From IMG/VR virus record IMGVR_UViG_3300047315_000487: a stretch of 64,000 nucleotides of DNA; one strand, 5' to 3'. Position numbers and translations under genes: made by a program. Positions within the stretch are counted from its first letter, which is position 1. The number at the start of each line of letters is the position of its first letter. This DNA is from an uncultured virus (IMG/VR IMGVR_UViG_3300047315_000487) (taxonomy: Duplodnaviria > Heunggongvirae > Uroviricota > Caudoviricetes). Of the stretch, positions 29,531 to 38,635 are shown piece by piece. The notes beneath the pieces are model-generated. The model was given only the letters and a program-made list of their open reading frames with translations. It was not told where the DNA came from and searched no databases.

Positions 29531-30046
29531 TCAGCCCAGCTTCGCCACTGCCGCCTTGTAGTCGCCCGCCTGTGCTGGAGTGAGGAACCGCGAGACCCGA
29601 ACCACAACAGAACCGTGGACGTAGTCGTACTCGGCGAGGGCGGGCATGCTCTTCCCGATGGCCTGGATGTACTTCGCGCGCGCCTCCGCGCCACTCGCAT
29701 CGCCGAACACCTCGATCGCACCCCCGAGCTCCACGTCGCCCTTCTTGAAACCGTCGGCGTCGCTCTTGGAGATGCGGGAGTCGGTGAACGTCACCTTCGA
29801 CGCGTACTGGTTGGGGCGGCCCAGAAGGTGGTTCGGGTCGTTCTCGGCCGTGACAGTGCTGGAGAGCGTGGCTGACGGCACCGACCCGGCGATGGCTTCG
29901 AGAGCAGTCGCGGCGGTGAGCGGCTTGGCGATGCTCGACTTCGCTGCGGCAGGACTGGCGGGGGCGCTGGACGTCGTGGTCGTACTGGAGCAGCCGGCGA
30001 GCAGGATGACGGCGGCGCATGCGGTGGCGGCGAGGGCGTTTCTCAT
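29531..30046 (-). CDS. Lipoprotein
   Basis: LAGC lipobox; Ser/Thr linker; DPNHLLGRPNQY domain. Confidence 0.8.
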   Translation of the reverse strand: MRNALAATACAAVILLAGCSSTTTTSSAPASPAAAKSSIAKPLTAATALEAIAGSVPSATLSSTVTAENDPNHLLGRPNQYASKVTFTDSRISKSDADGFKKGDVELGGAIEVFGDASGAEARAKYIQAIGKSMPALAEYDYVHGSVVVRVSRFLTPAQAGDYKAAVAKLG

Positions 30047-30304
30047 GACGGCAGATCATTCACCCAAGTGGGGCCGGACTGGGGCATTCCCGCAAATCCG
30101 TGACCTCACCGTGTCGCTCCCGCCACACTCATCCTCATGGCGGTCGCACTGTGGGCGTTGGGTGATGACGAGGCGGAGTTGGCTGAGTGGCTGGCTGCTC
30201 ACGGCATGCTGCCGGTGGGCCAGCCGGTGCACGGGATCACGGCGCGGGCCCGGCTGATGCAGCGCTGCGAGCCACGGGGCGGCGACGGCGAGCCCGAACA
30301 CGGC

Positions 30305-30331
30305 TGAGGCCCCCGCTTTCGGCGGGGGCCT
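30305..30331 (-). terminator. Hairpin at end of transfer operon
   Basis: GAGGCCCCCGC / GCGGGGGCCTC 11-bp stem. Confidence 0.5.
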
Positions 30332-30348
30332 CGACGGTGCGGGGCGGG

Positions 30349-30807
30349 CTACTTGCTCCTGGACCGGCTGCTCGCCCGGGCGTTCCCGCCGGTGGCGTTG
30401 ACGTTGACGCTGACGTGGACGTTCTGGCCGGACTTGGATCCGCCGCCCTTGACGAGCATCACGAGCGCACCCAGCCCGGCGCAGGTGGCTGCCACGCCGA
30501 TGCCGGCCATCTCGGCGGCGTGACCGGCTTGGGACAGTCCGGGTCCGTAGTGGCCGATGACGCCGAGGACCGCGGCGGTGGATGCCCCGCCGGCGAGCAT
30601 CCGCGTGGGCCACGGGTCGCGCTCGTGCACTACCGGGGGCGGTCGGTCGGCCTCCTGGTCGGGTGGGAGGTAGGCGAGGACGCGGTCGCCGTTGGGTGCG
30701 AGTGCCCACACCATGCCGGGCGGCGCCTTCTCCACGCGCGGGGGTGCGTCGGGGTCGTAGTCGTCGATGGTGGGCCACCCGGGGGGCGGCTGATGGGCGG
30801 TGCTCAT
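30349..30807 (-). CDS. Membrane protein, Spd-like spreading protein candidate
   Basis: Two hydrophobic segments; downstream of traB. Confidence 0.6.
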   Translation of the reverse strand: MSTAHQPPPGWPTIDDYDPDAPPRVEKAPPGMVWALAPNGDRVLAYLPPDQEADRPPPVVHERDPWPTRMLAGGASTAAVLGVIGHYGPGLSQAGHAAEMAGIGVAATCAGLGALVMLVKGGGSKSGQNVHVSVNVNATGGNARASSRSRSK

Positions 30808-30847
30808 GGCTGCCTCCTGGGCGGCGTCGGCGTACTGGTGGGCGGGG

Positions 30848-31072
30848 TTACTTGGCGACGGAGTTGACGGTCTCGCTGGTCGTCTTCACGCCGGTGCCGA
30901 TGATGCTCTGGACCTTTTCGACGCCGGAGGCGCCCCACGGGGTGGCGACGATGAGGATCCAGAGCAGCGAGACGGCGAGGAACTCGCGCTTGCGGAAGCT
31001 GGAGTCCTTCTTCATCCAGATGCCGAGGCCGATGGCGACCAGCGTGAACAGGGCGGTGGTGGTCATGGTCAT
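30848..31072 (-). CDS. Small two-TM Spd-like protein
   Basis: AGGAG RBS; ALFTLVAIGLGIW / LAVSLLWILIVATPWG. Confidence 0.65.
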   Translation of the reverse strand: MTMTTTALFTLVAIGLGIWMKKDSSFRKREFLAVSLLWILIVATPWGASGVEKVQSIIGTGVKTTSETVNSVAK

Positions 31073-31094
31073 GGTTCTTCTCCTGGTGGGTTGG

Positions 31095-33665
31095 TTAGGC
31101 GCTGACGGGTTCGGTGTCGAGGGGTTCGGCGGTGTGCCAGTCCTGCTGCTTCTTGGCGAGCTTTCCGAGGCGTTCCAGGCGTGCGGTGGCGTTGGCGACG
31201 TTGTTCGGCTTGAGGTCGGTGACTTCGGAGATCTGCTTGTTGCGCCGGGCGCCGCCGTCGACCGCATGCCAGACGAGGTGGGAGCGGGTGGGCGGCACGA
31301 GCTCGTCGAGGTCGTCGTCTTCGAAGTCCTCGCCGGCCACGGATGTGGTCTTCGTGTCGATGACCGTGGTGTGCTTGCCGGTCCTGGCTTCCTCGTCCTT
31401 GACGAGGTCGCGGAGGAACGCTTCCTCTTCGGCGGCGTCCAGGTGCCGGTACTCCTCGCGCCGCAGGTAGGCGATCCCGGCCGGGCCGGCTGCTGCTGCC
31501 GCGTCGGCCTCGCGTCGGGTCAGTGTCTGTACGGGGAACTGGCGGGCGATGCGGGCCGGGTTGGTGTGGAACATGGCCCTCGACTGCGTGTACTGCGCTT
31601 TGCCGTCGGCGATGTAGAACAGGCCGCCGGTCTCGGAGCCGTCCGGGAAGCGTTCGGGCAGGGATGCGAGGCGGAACTCGGGGGTGCGGGAGCCGAGCGA
31701 CATGATGTCGACGTCGGAACGCGCGGTGCGGAAGAGGGCGATGTTCCCGGACTGGAGCATGTCGCGGATGGCGTTGGCGCTGGCGTCGGAGCCGATGGAG
31801 TCCAGGTTGGGGATCTGCACCCACACCCGGGCCGCGATGCCCGCCGCGCGGGACAGGCGGCCGACGCTGGACACGGACCGCAGGAGCGGCTTGACATGGT
31901 CGGCCTGCGGGTCCTTGAGGATCATCTCGTTGAACTCGTCCCAGGTGGCGACCATGGGGGCGAACGGGTCGTTCGGGACGAAGAAGCTGCGGCCGTTCTC
32001 GGTGAACCCTTCGTCATCCAGCCACTGCAGCTTCATCTGCTCGGCGTACCGGTACTCGCTGACCGCATTGGCGGCCTGCCCCATGAGCATGGCGCCGTAG
32101 GGCGACTTGAGGAGCCAGTCGAGCTCCGACATCCACGGCGCGTAGCCGGCGCCGCCCTTGCCGTCGGCAAGCCAGGAGATGAACCCGTTCATGCGCTGGG
32201 CGACCTGCAGGTCTTCTTCGAGGGAGGTCTTGCCGGCGCCGGTGGTGCCGGACCCGAAGGAGTGCACCGCCGAGGCGGACGACTGCCCGGACAGGCCGCG
32301 GCGCTTGGGGTCAAACTTCAGCAGCCGCCACTTCGCGGGGCGCCCGTAGACGTCCTTGCCGACGGTGATGTAGCCCTGGTCGTCCATGCGCAGGGCGTCC
32401 AGGTCGAGGGGCACGCCGCCCTGCAGCGGGTTGACGGTCATCTCGTTGACCTCGATGCGGCGGGCATCGAGGACCCGCAGGTGCAGGCGGGACACGGCGT
32501 CTTCGCCTGCAAGGTCGAGGGCTTGGGCGATGGCGCGCGGCTGCACGTCGGCGACCGAGGAGCCACGGCGCGGCATGAGGATTTTGAAGCGGCGCCCGGT
32601 CTCGGTCTTCTCCGGGTCGTACAACTCGCTGCCGCCGTAGGGGCTGTACTCGTTCCACACCGCGGCCAGGTCGCCCATGTCCAGTTCGACGGTTTTGGTG
32701 CGCAGCCGCACGGTCAGCTTGGCCCGGTTGGCGGCCATGTCGTCGGGCCGGTAGACGTTCACGGCCCGCGGCGGCACCCCGAACGCGATGCTGATGGAGT
32801 CCTGGTCGACGCCCAGTGCGGGCTTGGCCGTCGTGGAGACGATGACCGCGGTGAGCTTGTCGGCGTCGAGGTCGATGCTGACGAGCTTCGATGCGGGCAG
32901 CGGGCCGCCGTCGCAGGCGATCCATTCCGCCCACCGGGCCAAGTACCAGTCCGCCGTCGCCGCACGGGCCTTCTTCGGGTCTGCCGCGTCGGGCTTGTGC
33001 CATATCCGGGCACCCCATCCGGCAGCGATGGAGCCGACCGCGAGGTGCGCCCACCAGGGCAGCTCGACGAACCCGGCCGCGGGGATCGCCGCGAGCGGAC
33101 CCGCCCGCAGCGCCATCTCGACGGCCGTGTACTGGCGCCACCAGCCGGACTCCCAGTCGGGCAGGTACTTCGCCCAGGCGGTGCGCAGGTGCTTGCAACG
33201 CATCCGGTGCGCCTCGGCGGTCGCTGCGCGCACCAGGGCAGGCCGGTCGTCACGCTGACGCCAACCGTCGGCGATCCCGACAACCGGCACGAACAGCCCG
33301 TTGCCACCCACGGCCGGGCCGTGCGAGTGGTCCTGTGCGAGGCGGCTGCGCATGCGGCGGACCTTGCGCCGGTAGCCGCGGTTACTGCTGCGGCACAGCC
33401 ACTCCCACGGCTCCCCCTGCCCGGGCAGCCAGCGCCACGGACCGGGGTTCATGCCGAGGCCCGCCCAGCCGGCGGCGAGACCGGTGGTTCCGAGGGTGGC
33501 GAGCAGCAGCGGTTCGCCGGTGAGGCATCCGGAGGCGACGCCCAGCCCGGCGCCGAGGTACAGGCCGGGGTTCTGCATCTGGTCGATGCGGGCGCGCAGG
33601 CCGGTCAGCTCCTGCGGCTGCACCTCGGTCTTGGCGTCGGTCTTGGTTAGGGTCGGCGTTGCCAT
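31095..33665 (-). CDS. traB: TraB-like FtsK/SpoIIIE conjugative DNA translocase
   Basis: N-terminal TM segments; GTTGAGKT Walker A; ADGKGG; WDEF Walker B; RLSRAAGI; C-terminal wHTH-like segment. Confidence 0.75.
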   Translation of the reverse strand: MATPTLTKTDAKTEVQPQELTGLRARIDQMQNPGLYLGAGLGVASGCLTGEPLLLATLGTTGLAAGWAGLGMNPGPWRWLPGQGEPWEWLCRSSNRGYRRKVRRMRSRLAQDHSHGPAVGGNGLFVPVVGIADGWRQRDDRPALVRAATAEAHRMRCKHLRTAWAKYLPDWESGWWRQYTAVEMALRAGPLAAIPAAGFVELPWWAHLAVGSIAAGWGARIWHKPDAADPKKARAATADWYLARWAEWIACDGGPLPASKLVSIDLDADKLTAVIVSTTAKPALGVDQDSISIAFGVPPRAVNVYRPDDMAANRAKLTVRLRTKTVELDMGDLAAVWNEYSPYGGSELYDPEKTETGRRFKILMPRRGSSVADVQPRAIAQALDLAGEDAVSRLHLRVLDARRIEVNEMTVNPLQGGVPLDLDALRMDDQGYITVGKDVYGRPAKWRLLKFDPKRRGLSGQSSASAVHSFGSGTTGAGKTSLEEDLQVAQRMNGFISWLADGKGGAGYAPWMSELDWLLKSPYGAMLMGQAANAVSEYRYAEQMKLQWLDDEGFTENGRSFFVPNDPFAPMVATWDEFNEMILKDPQADHVKPLLRSVSSVGRLSRAAGIAARVWVQIPNLDSIGSDASANAIRDMLQSGNIALFRTARSDVDIMSLGSRTPEFRLASLPERFPDGSETGGLFYIADGKAQYTQSRAMFHTNPARIARQFPVQTLTRREADAAAAAGPAGIAYLRREEYRHLDAAEEEAFLRDLVKDEEARTGKHTTVIDTKTTSVAGEDFEDDDLDELVPPTRSHLVWHAVDGGARRNKQISEVTDLKPNNVANATARLERLGKLAKKQQDWHTAEPLDTEPVSA

Positions 33666-33692
33666 CCGGTTCTCTCTCCGATCTGCGGGTGG

Positions 33693-33726
33693 GAAGGGCG
33701 GGGTCACGGCTATGGCCCCGCCCTTC
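33693..33726. promoter_or_regulatory. 14-bp stem hairpin immediately upstream of traB
   Basis: GAAGGGCGGGGTCA / TGGCCCCGCCCTTC. Confidence 0.45.
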
Positions 33727-33741
33727 GTGGCGGTGTGCCTG

Positions 33742-34134
33742 CTACTGGCGCTTGATGAATTCGCGGTCGGCCATCTGCACGTTGTGGGTGCGGTTGGCGT
33801 CCTGCATCCGCCCGTGCTGGGCCCTGGTCTCGGACTCCAGGCCCTGGGCGTTGACGGTCAGGGAGTCGGAGGCGGAGACGATCGAGCCGACGTTGCCTGC
33901 CGCCGCCGTCCCGAGCCGGGAGACCTCCATGTAGGCGGTCGTGGTGGGCTCGTCGACGTCCAGCCGGGTCATGGCCTCGGACAGGTACCGGGCGGAGTCG
34001 GCCCGGTCTTCGTACCGGGCCTTCATCCGCTCGACGGCCGCCTTGGTGAGCGCGGCTCGGGCGATGTAGGCGCCCGCCCGGGCGAGGACTGCGGCAACGG
34101 TGACGACCGACCTGGTGTTCGTGGATGTGCTCAT
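33742..34134 (-). CDS. Helical TraA-like transfer-associated protein
   Basis: All-helical 130 aa upstream of traB; ends HGRMQDA..MADREF. Confidence 0.55.
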   Translation of the reverse strand: MSTSTNTRSVVTVAAVLARAGAYIARAALTKAAVERMKARYEDRADSARYLSEAMTRLDVDEPTTTAYMEVSRLGTAAAGNVGSIVSASDSLTVNAQGLESETRAQHGRMQDANRTHNVQMADREFIKRQ

Positions 34135-34136
34135 GG

Positions 34137-35294
34137 TCAGGCCGCCTTCGTCTCGTAGACCTCGGTGTGGGCCTGGGTGTCTTCGGCGTCGACCGCGTCG
34201 GAGATGTAGGCCTCGCGCTCGGCGACGTCCTCCATGTCCTTGGCGATGTCGGCGTAGACGCCCTGACCGGCTTCCAGTAGCGCCTTGGCTTTCACCACGG
34301 CTTCGCCTTGGGCGATGGTGTTCTGCTGCAGGTCGTCGACCTCGGCGTGGATGACCCCGTAGTTCTCCTTGCAGCGGACCACCCAGGCGATGACCTTCTC
34401 GCCGAGGCCGGTGGCTTTCGCGGCGGCGATGAGGGCGTCGCCTCGGCCGATCTCGCGCTCGGCGCGGGCGCGGATCCGGTCGTAGACCCGCACGTCGTCG
34501 TCGCACATGATGGAGAGTTCGTCGCTTTCCTCCATGACGGATTCGTAGGTGACTTCTGCTGCCATGCGGCCAGCTCCGTTCTTGACGTCCTGGGGTGTCG
34601 TCGTGTCAGCGGTTCCGGCGGTGGCCGGTTCGGGCTCGGGGGCGGTGGGGGCCGACGCGACAGCGGGGCCATCCGTGGTTTCTTCGGGGACCGTTGAGGC
34701 CTCGGGGGCTCCGGCGGTAGTGCTTGTGTCATCCGCGGTGGGCTCCGTGGTCCCGTCGGACACCTCGGGCTTCACCAAGGTCACGCCGCCACTCACGTTG
34801 CTGCCGCCACCGACTGTCGGCGGGTGGGTCGGCATCGGCGGAACGACCAGCGTCGGCTGACCGACAGGCACCGGGACCAGGACCGGCGCCGGGTCGGGCT
34901 GACCCGCGGCGCGCCGGCTCTTGCGGTACTGCCTCAGGGCGCCGCGTCCGGTGTCCTTGACCCAGCCCACGCCCGTGGCCGTGAAGTGGCCGGCGTGGCG
35001 CCCGATCGGGGTCGCGACCCGGGCGACCGGGGTGTGGCTGCGGTAGCCCGACCGGAACGCCTCGGGGATGGTGACGGGGGTAGCCGCCGCGGGCGGTTCC
35101 TTCCACGGCGAGACGCCCACAGGGTTCTGCGGGACTGTCGTGCCGTGTTTCTCGGCGATCTGCCGCACGGCCTTGTCGTGCCGGGTCTGCTCACGCATGA
35201 TTTCGCGCTGCGCCGGGCTGATGCCCAGCTTGGCCTGTTCGCTCTGCGCCCCTGCAACCCATGCCAGCAGGCAGGCGGCGAGCAAGACTTCCAT
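34137..35294 (-). CDS. Membrane-anchored transfer-associated protein with helical C-terminal domain
   Basis: Hydrophobic N-terminus, Pro/Thr linker, helical C-terminus. Confidence 0.6.
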   Translation of the reverse strand: MEVLLAACLLAWVAGAQSEQAKLGISPAQREIMREQTRHDKAVRQIAEKHGTTVPQNPVGVSPWKEPPAAATPVTIPEAFRSGYRSHTPVARVATPIGRHAGHFTATGVGWVKDTGRGALRQYRKSRRAAGQPDPAPVLVPVPVGQPTLVVPPMPTHPPTVGGGSNVSGGVTLVKPEVSDGTTEPTADDTSTTAGAPEASTVPEETTDGPAVASAPTAPEPEPATAGTADTTTPQDVKNGAGRMAAEVTYESVMEESDELSIMCDDDVRVYDRIRARAEREIGRGDALIAAAKATGLGEKVIAWVVRCKENYGVIHAEVDDLQQNTIAQGEAVVKAKALLEAGQGVYADIAKDMEDVAEREAYISDAVDAEDTQAHTEVYETKAA

Positions 35295-35411
35295 TACCTC
35301 TCCTCACGGTTGGTGACCGGGAGCGGGTGAACGTCTGCCTCGCACGCGCATGTACGCGTATAGGGCATCGCGACGTTCACTCGCAACCCGAGTGAATGAA
35401 TGAGTGAACGA

Positions 35412-35600
35412 TCACCGTGAGTAGCGGTCGGTGATCTGCTGAAGGGCATCGGCGACCTCCCGCCACGCACGGTTGGCGACCACCGGATCGGCCTTGCGCA
35501 GCACCCCGCGCAGCCGGTCCAGGCGCTTGGCCGCACCCTCCTTCGGGGAGCGCCCGTCCGCCTTTCGGATCTCCTTGATCCAGAACGCGGATCCGCCCAT
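35412..35600 (-). CDS. Small basic helical protein
   Basis: GAGGAGAGG RBS. Confidence 0.55.
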   Translation of the reverse strand: MGGSAFWIKEIRKADGRSPKEGAAKRLDRLRGVLRKADPVVANRAWREVADALQQITDRYSR

Positions 35601-35696
35601 CGGGAACCTCTCCTCTCTCGTCGGTTCGGGTGGTGCTCGCGGCCGTGGAGAGCTGCAGGTCAGAGAACTGGGGCTCGATCGTCATCAGCAGTCCCC

Positions 35697-36467
35697 TCAG
35701 TCCAGGGCCGGGAGTTCGGTGCGGTCGAGGATCTCCGCGCGGATGGACTTGGCCCGGGAGGCGGAGACGCTGCCGAACCCACCAGCGTCGATCGCATTCG
35801 CGAACTCGGATGCAGTGGGGTTGCGGCGCAGGCGCGCAAACTCCGCGCGGAAGATGGGCCCAGCGAGATCGACCCATTGATCGATCGAGCGACGCTGCGC
35901 CTTCTTGCTCGTGCGCGATCGAGCGCTGCGCGCGTTTGCCCTGGTCGGACGCTTTGCCGTGACGCCAACGCGGTGCCGCGGCCCCTTCTCTGCGATGAAG
36001 TGGACGACGTCCGGGGTTAGCTCGAACCACTCACTGTCGGCCACCCGGTGGGCGCCGAACTTCGCGTGTAGCGCCCGCTCCAGATCGGTTCCGCCGTGGA
36101 GCAGAAGCAGTACCGCGTCTTCACGGAGCGACAGGGAGGAGATGCGGTTGAACAGGGACTTCGTGTAACCGATCTTGACCCGGCCGCCGTTCGCCATGAA
36201 GTACACCAGCGCCGAATGCGGGTCGGTCGCCGGCATCGGCGCAGCCTGTGCGCTCGACACCAGGTGCGCCACAGCCGGCGGCAGCGTCCGGCTGCTCACT
36301 GCGCGCGCATCGCGGAGCGCGGCGGCGAGAAGCTCCGGTGTCACCGCGGCGGCGACTTGAAGCTTGTGCTCATCGCACAGGCGAACCGGCACGGCCAGGC
36401 TCGCGGCGTGGATGCACGCTGCGCCGTCCTGCTGCGCCTGGCACATGGTCTCGTGGTTCACGATCAT
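35697..36467 (-). CDS. T5orf172/MUG113 (GIY-YIG superfamily) protein with C-terminal HTH-like domain
   Basis: VYF..VKIGYT..ERALHAKF..SEWF. Confidence 0.72.
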   Translation of the reverse strand: MIVNHETMCQAQQDGAACIHAASLAVPVRLCDEHKLQVAAAVTPELLAAALRDARAVSSRTLPPAVAHLVSSAQAAPMPATDPHSALVYFMANGGRVKIGYTKSLFNRISSLSLREDAVLLLLHGGTDLERALHAKFGAHRVADSEWFELTPDVVHFIAEKGPRHRVGVTAKRPTRANARSARSRTSKKAQRRSIDQWVDLAGPIFRAEFARLRRNPTASEFANAIDAGGFGSVSASRAKSIRAEILDRTELPALD

Positions 36468-36483
36468 CCTTCGGTTCGGCGGT

Positions 36484-37491
36484 TCAGTTGTGGCGCTGGG
36501 ACCAGTTGGCCCGCGCCTCGACGAGTCGGTTGTAGGCGGTGGTCTTCGACATGCCGGTGCGCTCCTGGACGAACCCGAGCTTCACTTCGTCGTAGCCGTG
36601 CTCCTCGATGAGGTTCAGGACTTCGCGAACCTGCTCCTCGGGCGAGGCCGTGTCGTTGGTTCCGGCAGGTTCGGCGATGGGCCGCTTGGGCTTGTCGCGC
36701 TTGGTTCGCGCCGTGGTTCGCCGCGGTTGGCGGACGGTGGTTCGCCGGGGCCGGTTCGCGGGTTCCGGGGCGGCCTGAACCTCGGGTTCGGGACCAAGTT
36801 CCGGGGCCGGTTCCGAACCGGGTTCGCCAGCCTCCGTCGACTGGTTCGCCGGGGGCTCCGGAACCGGGTTCGCGGACAGGTTCGCCGCGGCCTCCTTGAG
36901 CGCGTCCGGGAGCTCGATGCCGAGGATGTAGGCGCGGTAGATGGCCCAGGTTCCGGACCGGTCGACGAACCACCGGAGCAGGTGCACGCGCGGTCGCTCG
37001 CTGCCGTCCCGGCGGGCAGCTGCCGCGCGGGCCTCGGACATCAGGCCCTCGAAGAGGATCACGGCGGCGGGCGGCATGAACGCGGCGATCCAGCGGCCGG
37101 TCGGGTCGGTGATGTGCTCCCAGTTGATCCAGCTCGACAGCGCGGTGAACACGACGATCAGCAGCCGCCACAGCGACGCGCCGCGGGCGTTGATGCTCGC
37201 GCGGAACACGACCAGTGACAGGCCGGCCGCGGCGCCGTCGAAGGTGATGGGGACGAGCCAGGCGGTGTCGGCGTTCAGGCCCATGTGGGTCATGCCGAAG
37301 TTGTGCAGGCCGATGAACGATGCGGTCCAGCCGGCGAGGGCGACGATGAGGACGACGACGAAGCCGGTGATGCCCAGGCCTGTGTCGCGCGCCCAGTTGC
37401 CGACGGCGCGCAGGCGGTCGGCGGCCGTGGTCGTCGCGCGCGGTTCGGGCACGTCGATTCCCGGCTGGGCGTCGGCCTGGTTGGCGGTCAC
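36484..37491 (-). CDS. DUF2637 / SpdA-like membrane protein with C-terminal HTH
   Basis: ASFIGLH, AWLVPITFDG, NWEH, MPP motifs; four TMs; TGMSKTTAYNRL. Confidence 0.75.
   Translation of the reverse strand: MTANQADAQPGIDVPEPRATTTAADRLRAVGNWARDTGLGITGFVVVLIVALAGWTASFIGLHNFGMTHMGLNADTAWLVPITFDGAAAGLSLVVFRASINARGASLWRLLIVVFTALSSWINWEHITDPTGRWIAAFMPPAAVILFEGLMSEARAAAARRDGSERPRVHLLRWFVDRSGTWAIYRAYILGIELPDALKEAAANLSANPVPEPPANQSTEAGEPGSEPAPELGPEPEVQAAPEPANRPRRTTVRQPRRTTARTKRDKPKRPIAEPAGTNDTASPEEQVREVLNLIEEHGYDEVKLGFVQERTGMSKTTAYNRLVEARANWSQRHN
36703..36886 (+). repeat. Eight co-oriented GGTTCGC[C/G] 8-mers (clt/TRS-like)
   Basis: Copies at 36703, 36715, 36739, 36753, 36821, 36843, 36867, 36879. Confidence 0.7.
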
Positions 37492-37525
37492 GTCGGTCTC
37501 CTTCATGCGGTGGGGGTGGGGTGGG

Positions 37526-37771
37526 TCAGTGCTCGGTGCTCTGGTCCTTGGCGACGGTCGTCTTCGCGCGCTGCCAGCCGGCCCACAGGTGGCCGAGGCC
37601 CATGTAGACGCCGGTGAAGCTGGACAGTCCCGCGAACAGGCCCACGGTGAACGGCAGGTGGTGCAGGTACATCTCGCGGCCGAGGAGGGTGGCGAAGAAC
37701 AGGGCGATCGCGGCGAAGATCCAGTAGACGATGCTGTCGTCACGGTCCTCGGTGGGCTTGTCGGTGGTCAC
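37526..37771 (-). CDS. Small two-TM membrane protein
   Basis: Two hydrophobic helices; GAGAGGA RBS. Confidence 0.65.
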   Translation of the reverse strand: MTTDKPTEDRDDSIVYWIFAAIALFFATLLGREMYLHHLPFTVGLFAGLSSFTGVYMGLGHLWAGWQRAKTTVAKDQSTEH

Positions 37772-37853
37772 GGCGGTCCTCTCATGGACGGGTCGGGGTC
37801 GCTAACCGTTCTCCTTGGTGCTCACCCCGGGGGCTGAGCACCGCGGGCAGTGG

Positions 37854-38033
37854 TCAGCGGCCGAAGCCCCACTTGATGACGGCGGACACGGTGTCGGTCT
37901 GGTCGGTGACCTTGCCGGAGTCGAGTTCGTCGGCGCGGGCCTCCAGTCGGTCGGCGGAGTCCTTGCGGCCGGCGCCCCTCTGGCGGTCGGCTTCGGTGCG
38001 ATTCGCGGCGGCGGCGCGGGTCATGCGGGACAT
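37854..38033 (-). CDS. Hypothetical protein (59 aa)
   Basis: Manual translation MSRMTRAAAAN...KWGFGR; GAAGGA RBS. Confidence 0.5.
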   Translation of the reverse strand: MSRMTRAAAANRTEADRQRGAGRKDSADRLEARADELDSGKVTDQTDTVSAVIKWGFGR

Positions 38034-38172
38034 GAGGGTCCTTCCGGGTCGGGCGGGTGGGGCGGAGGTGGTGCACCGTCACCCCGAGCCGCGGGGGAAC
38101 ACCCCGGGGTGACGGCGGTTCTTGCCGGGCTTGGCGGGTCGTCGGAGCGGTAGTCCGCGAAACCCGGCGGTC

Positions 38173-38631
38173 TCAGGTGACGATCGGCCGCTCGATGTGG
38201 CGGTGCTCGACCTCGCACGAGATGTCTGCCGCACGGAGGTGCACAGCGATTTCCTCAGCCACGGCAACCGAACGGTGGCGACCTCCCCCACAGACCGCGT
38301 GGACGTCCACCCGGTACTGCTGCGGGCCGCCGGTCCACTGCCGGAGGTTGTCGCGCTGCAGCAGGATGCGGACCTTCTCGGCCGACTGCGCCACCAGTTC
38401 CTTCGCGCCCGGCGTCGCCATGACGTACCGGCGGACTTCCGGATCCAGGCCGTTGGAGCGCAGCATCCGTTCGCGGACCTCGGGGTCCTCGGGCGGGTTG
38501 CGCAGGATGCGGGTGTCGACGTGAAGGGCGGTTCCAGTGGGTGCGTCGTGGTGGAGGTCGCCGTAGGAGGTGATGACGGCCGCCACGTGCCGGTCGTCGT
38601 AGAGGGCGCTGAGGTCGTTCGGGGTTCCCAT
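38173..38631 (-). CDS. Stand-alone RapZ C-terminal-like domain protein
   Basis: ITSYG..H..DTRILRNP and VCGGGRHRSVAVAE..VEHRHI match RapZ-CTD motifs. Confidence 0.7.
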   Translation of the reverse strand: MGTPNDLSALYDDRHVAAVITSYGDLHHDAPTGTALHVDTRILRNPPEDPEVRERMLRSNGLDPEVRRYVMATPGAKELVAQSAEKVRILLQRDNLRQWTGGPQQYRVDVHAVCGGGRHRSVAVAEEIAVHLRAADISCEVEHRHIERPIVT

Positions 38632-38635
38632 GGGG

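Noticed and set aside
30056..30300. Possible small ORF after the transfer operon
   Set aside because: No convincing start or RBS, nor protein-like composition, in the frames examined
31095..35294. Type VII secretion system
   Set aside because: Single ATPase domain with C-terminal wHTH, no EccB/EccD/MycP, no clear WXG motif; TraB fits better
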